From a virus (taxonomy: Duplodnaviria; Caudoviricetes): a stretch of 54,933 bases of DNA. Location: positions 1-54,933 of the IMG/VR virus record IMGVR_UViG_3300046504_000195; one strand, 5' to 3'. The position numbers and the translations under genes are program-made. Positions 53,775 to 54,933 of the stretch are shown in pieces. Under the pieces are notes generated by a model. That model did no database searches and was not told where the DNA came from. It was given only the letters and a program-made list of their open reading frames with translations. Positions within the stretch are counted from its first letter, which is position 1. Each line of letters opens with the position of its first letter.

Positions 53775-53836
53775 TTTAATGGATAGAATTGGGGTTTCCT
53801 AAACCTTAGATTCGGGTTCGATTCCCGGTGAGAGTA
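53765..53836 (+). tRNA. tRNA-Arg(CCT)
   Basis: GCTCTCA/TGAGAGT; loop TTCCTAA. Confidence 0.9.
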
Positions 53837-53852
53837 CTAAAACAACACTTTT

Positions 53853-54050
53853 ATGAGAACAAGTGAAGTAAATAAAAAGATGAGAGAACTTAAAAAAGTT
53901 GGTTTGCTTGATAATTTTACAAGAGTGCAAAAAAAACTTTTAAAACAATTAATAGAAAACCAACAAGATTTTATCATCATGGAGAATGACCGGAAAGAAA
54001 CCGAAAAATCTCTTTTTAAAGCAAAAGGTTTGGAATTACATTTAAAATAA
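53853..54050 (+). CDS. Hypothetical protein
   Basis: ORF. Confidence 0.55.
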   Translation: MRTSEVNKKMRELKKVGLLDNFTRVQKKLLKQLIENQQDFIIMENDRKETEKSLFKAKGLELHLK

Positions 54051-54063
54051 ATTTATACAACAA

Positions 54064-54291
54064 ATGGAAATAATACTTAATATCGAAATTTCTGACTCTG
54101 AAATAATTCTTCTCAAAAGTTTTAAAGAGCATGAACGAAAAATATTTAATGAATATCATTCCATCGCATGGGAACTCGAATATAAAGGAATATTGTTATC
54201 GACAACTCTTAATGAACAAGGCAAAGAAACAAATAATCGATACTTTCTACTTTCAGGACTTGGTAAAGAAATTATAAAAGAAATTATATGA
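54064..54291 (+). CDS. Hypothetical protein (winged-helix-like)
   Basis: LEYKGIL..YFLLSGLGKE. Confidence 0.55.
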   Translation: MEIILNIEISDSEIILLKSFKEHERKIFNEYHSIAWELEYKGILLSTTLNEQGKETNNRYFLLSGLGKEIIKEII

Positions 54292-54299
54292 ACAAGAAT

Positions 54300-54372
54300 G
54301 CCTCTGTAGTTCAATGGATAGAACGTGAGTCCTCGGAACTCACTGTTGGGGGTTCGAGTCCCTCCAGGGGTA
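54300..54372 (+). tRNA. tRNA-Arg(TCG), C33
   Basis: GCCTCTG/CAGGGGT; loop CCTCGGA. Confidence 0.87.
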
Positions 54373-54375
54373 CAA

Positions 54376-54669
54376 ATGAAAACAACTGAATTAATACCAG
54401 TGTTTGTTGACCAATTGCCTCTTGAAGTCGAAGAAGGTAAGATGTATATTACAGATAAATATGGTATATCTGTCCATCTTTGTGCTTGTGGTTGTGGTGA
54501 AAAAACTTTTCTACCGTTCAGACATATAATTGAGGGTCAAGAGCATGGATGGGTTCATTCAATTCAAGACGGTAAAGTTTCTACAACACCGTCAATAGGT
54601 AATTGGTTGTGGGAGAATCCTTATCATGCACATTATTTTATAGTGAATAACAAAATAGTTTGGTGTTAA
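54376..54669 (+). CDS. DUF6527-like protein
   Basis: HLCACGCGEK..PSIGNW..HYFI..I.W. Confidence 0.7.
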   Translation: MKTTELIPVFVDQLPLEVEEGKMYITDKYGISVHLCACGCGEKTFLPFRHIIEGQEHGWVHSIQDGKVSTTPSIGNWLWENPYHAHYFIVNNKIVWC

Positions 54670-54672
54670 TAT

Positions 54673-54747
54673 GCACCCGTAGCATAATTGGATTAGTGCA
54701 TTGGTCTACGAAACCAAAGGTTGTGAGTTCGAATCTCACCGGGTGTA
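54673..54747 (+). tRNA. tRNA-Arg(ACG)
   Basis: GCACCCG/CGGGTGT; loop CTACGAA. Confidence 0.92.
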
Positions 54748-54789
54748 CAAAACAAAACTCAAACGTATTTATATTAAAGGTTTGAAACG

Positions 54790-54933
54790 ATGATTGAATA
54801 TAATGAAAATAAATTACGTCAAGTAGTTGCGGAATGTAATACGTATAGGGATGTTTTGCATAAATTTGAAAGAAATGAATCGGGTGCATCATATAAGACA
54901 CTACATAGACGTTTAAATGAATGGAAGATTGAT
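54790..54933 (+). CDS. Probable HNH endonuclease, N-terminus only (3'-partial)
   Basis: MIEYNENKLRQVVAECNTYRDVL..YKTL..WKID resembles the N-terminus of the 27505 HNH. Confidence 0.55.
   Translation, partial: MIEYNENKLRQVVAECNTYRDVLHKFERNESGASYKTLHRRLNEWKID

Overview
A 55-kb AT-rich segment of a jumbo (huge) tailed phage with a T4-type portal and large terminase. The host is most likely Bacteroidota, judged from TTTG-N18-20-TAnnTTTG promoters and a Bacteroidota-like secreted protein. It uses the standard genetic code. The left third holds virion and late genes: a baseplate-hub-like protein fused to GH25 lysozyme, portal, terminase, and putative head cargo proteins sharing N-terminal motifs. 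The rest is dominated by translation takeover: about 47 tRNA genes plus 3 aberrant tRNA-like elements, tmRNA, ribosomal L7/L12, an Rnl1-type RNA ligase, HNH endonucleases, class II RNR, KamA, arginine decarboxylase and vWA proteins. The main finding is that the tRNA genes are sorted into four amino-acid-specific arrays: Pro/His/Gln; Asp/Glu/Val/Leu/Ala/Trp(+Met); Lys/Tyr; and Thr/Cys/Asn/Ile/Ser/Phe/Gly/Arg. Each array is headed by a host-type promoter, an unannotated 24-43 aa leader peptide rich in that array's amino acids, and alternative protector/antiterminator/terminator pairings. This looks like ribosome-mediated attenuation that turns on tRNA supply when those codons stall. Also seen are paired long-arm/short-arm isodecoders, recurrent C33 anticodon loops, several structured ncRNA candidates and two further promoter classes. 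All folds and protein family calls were made by eye; no searches were run.
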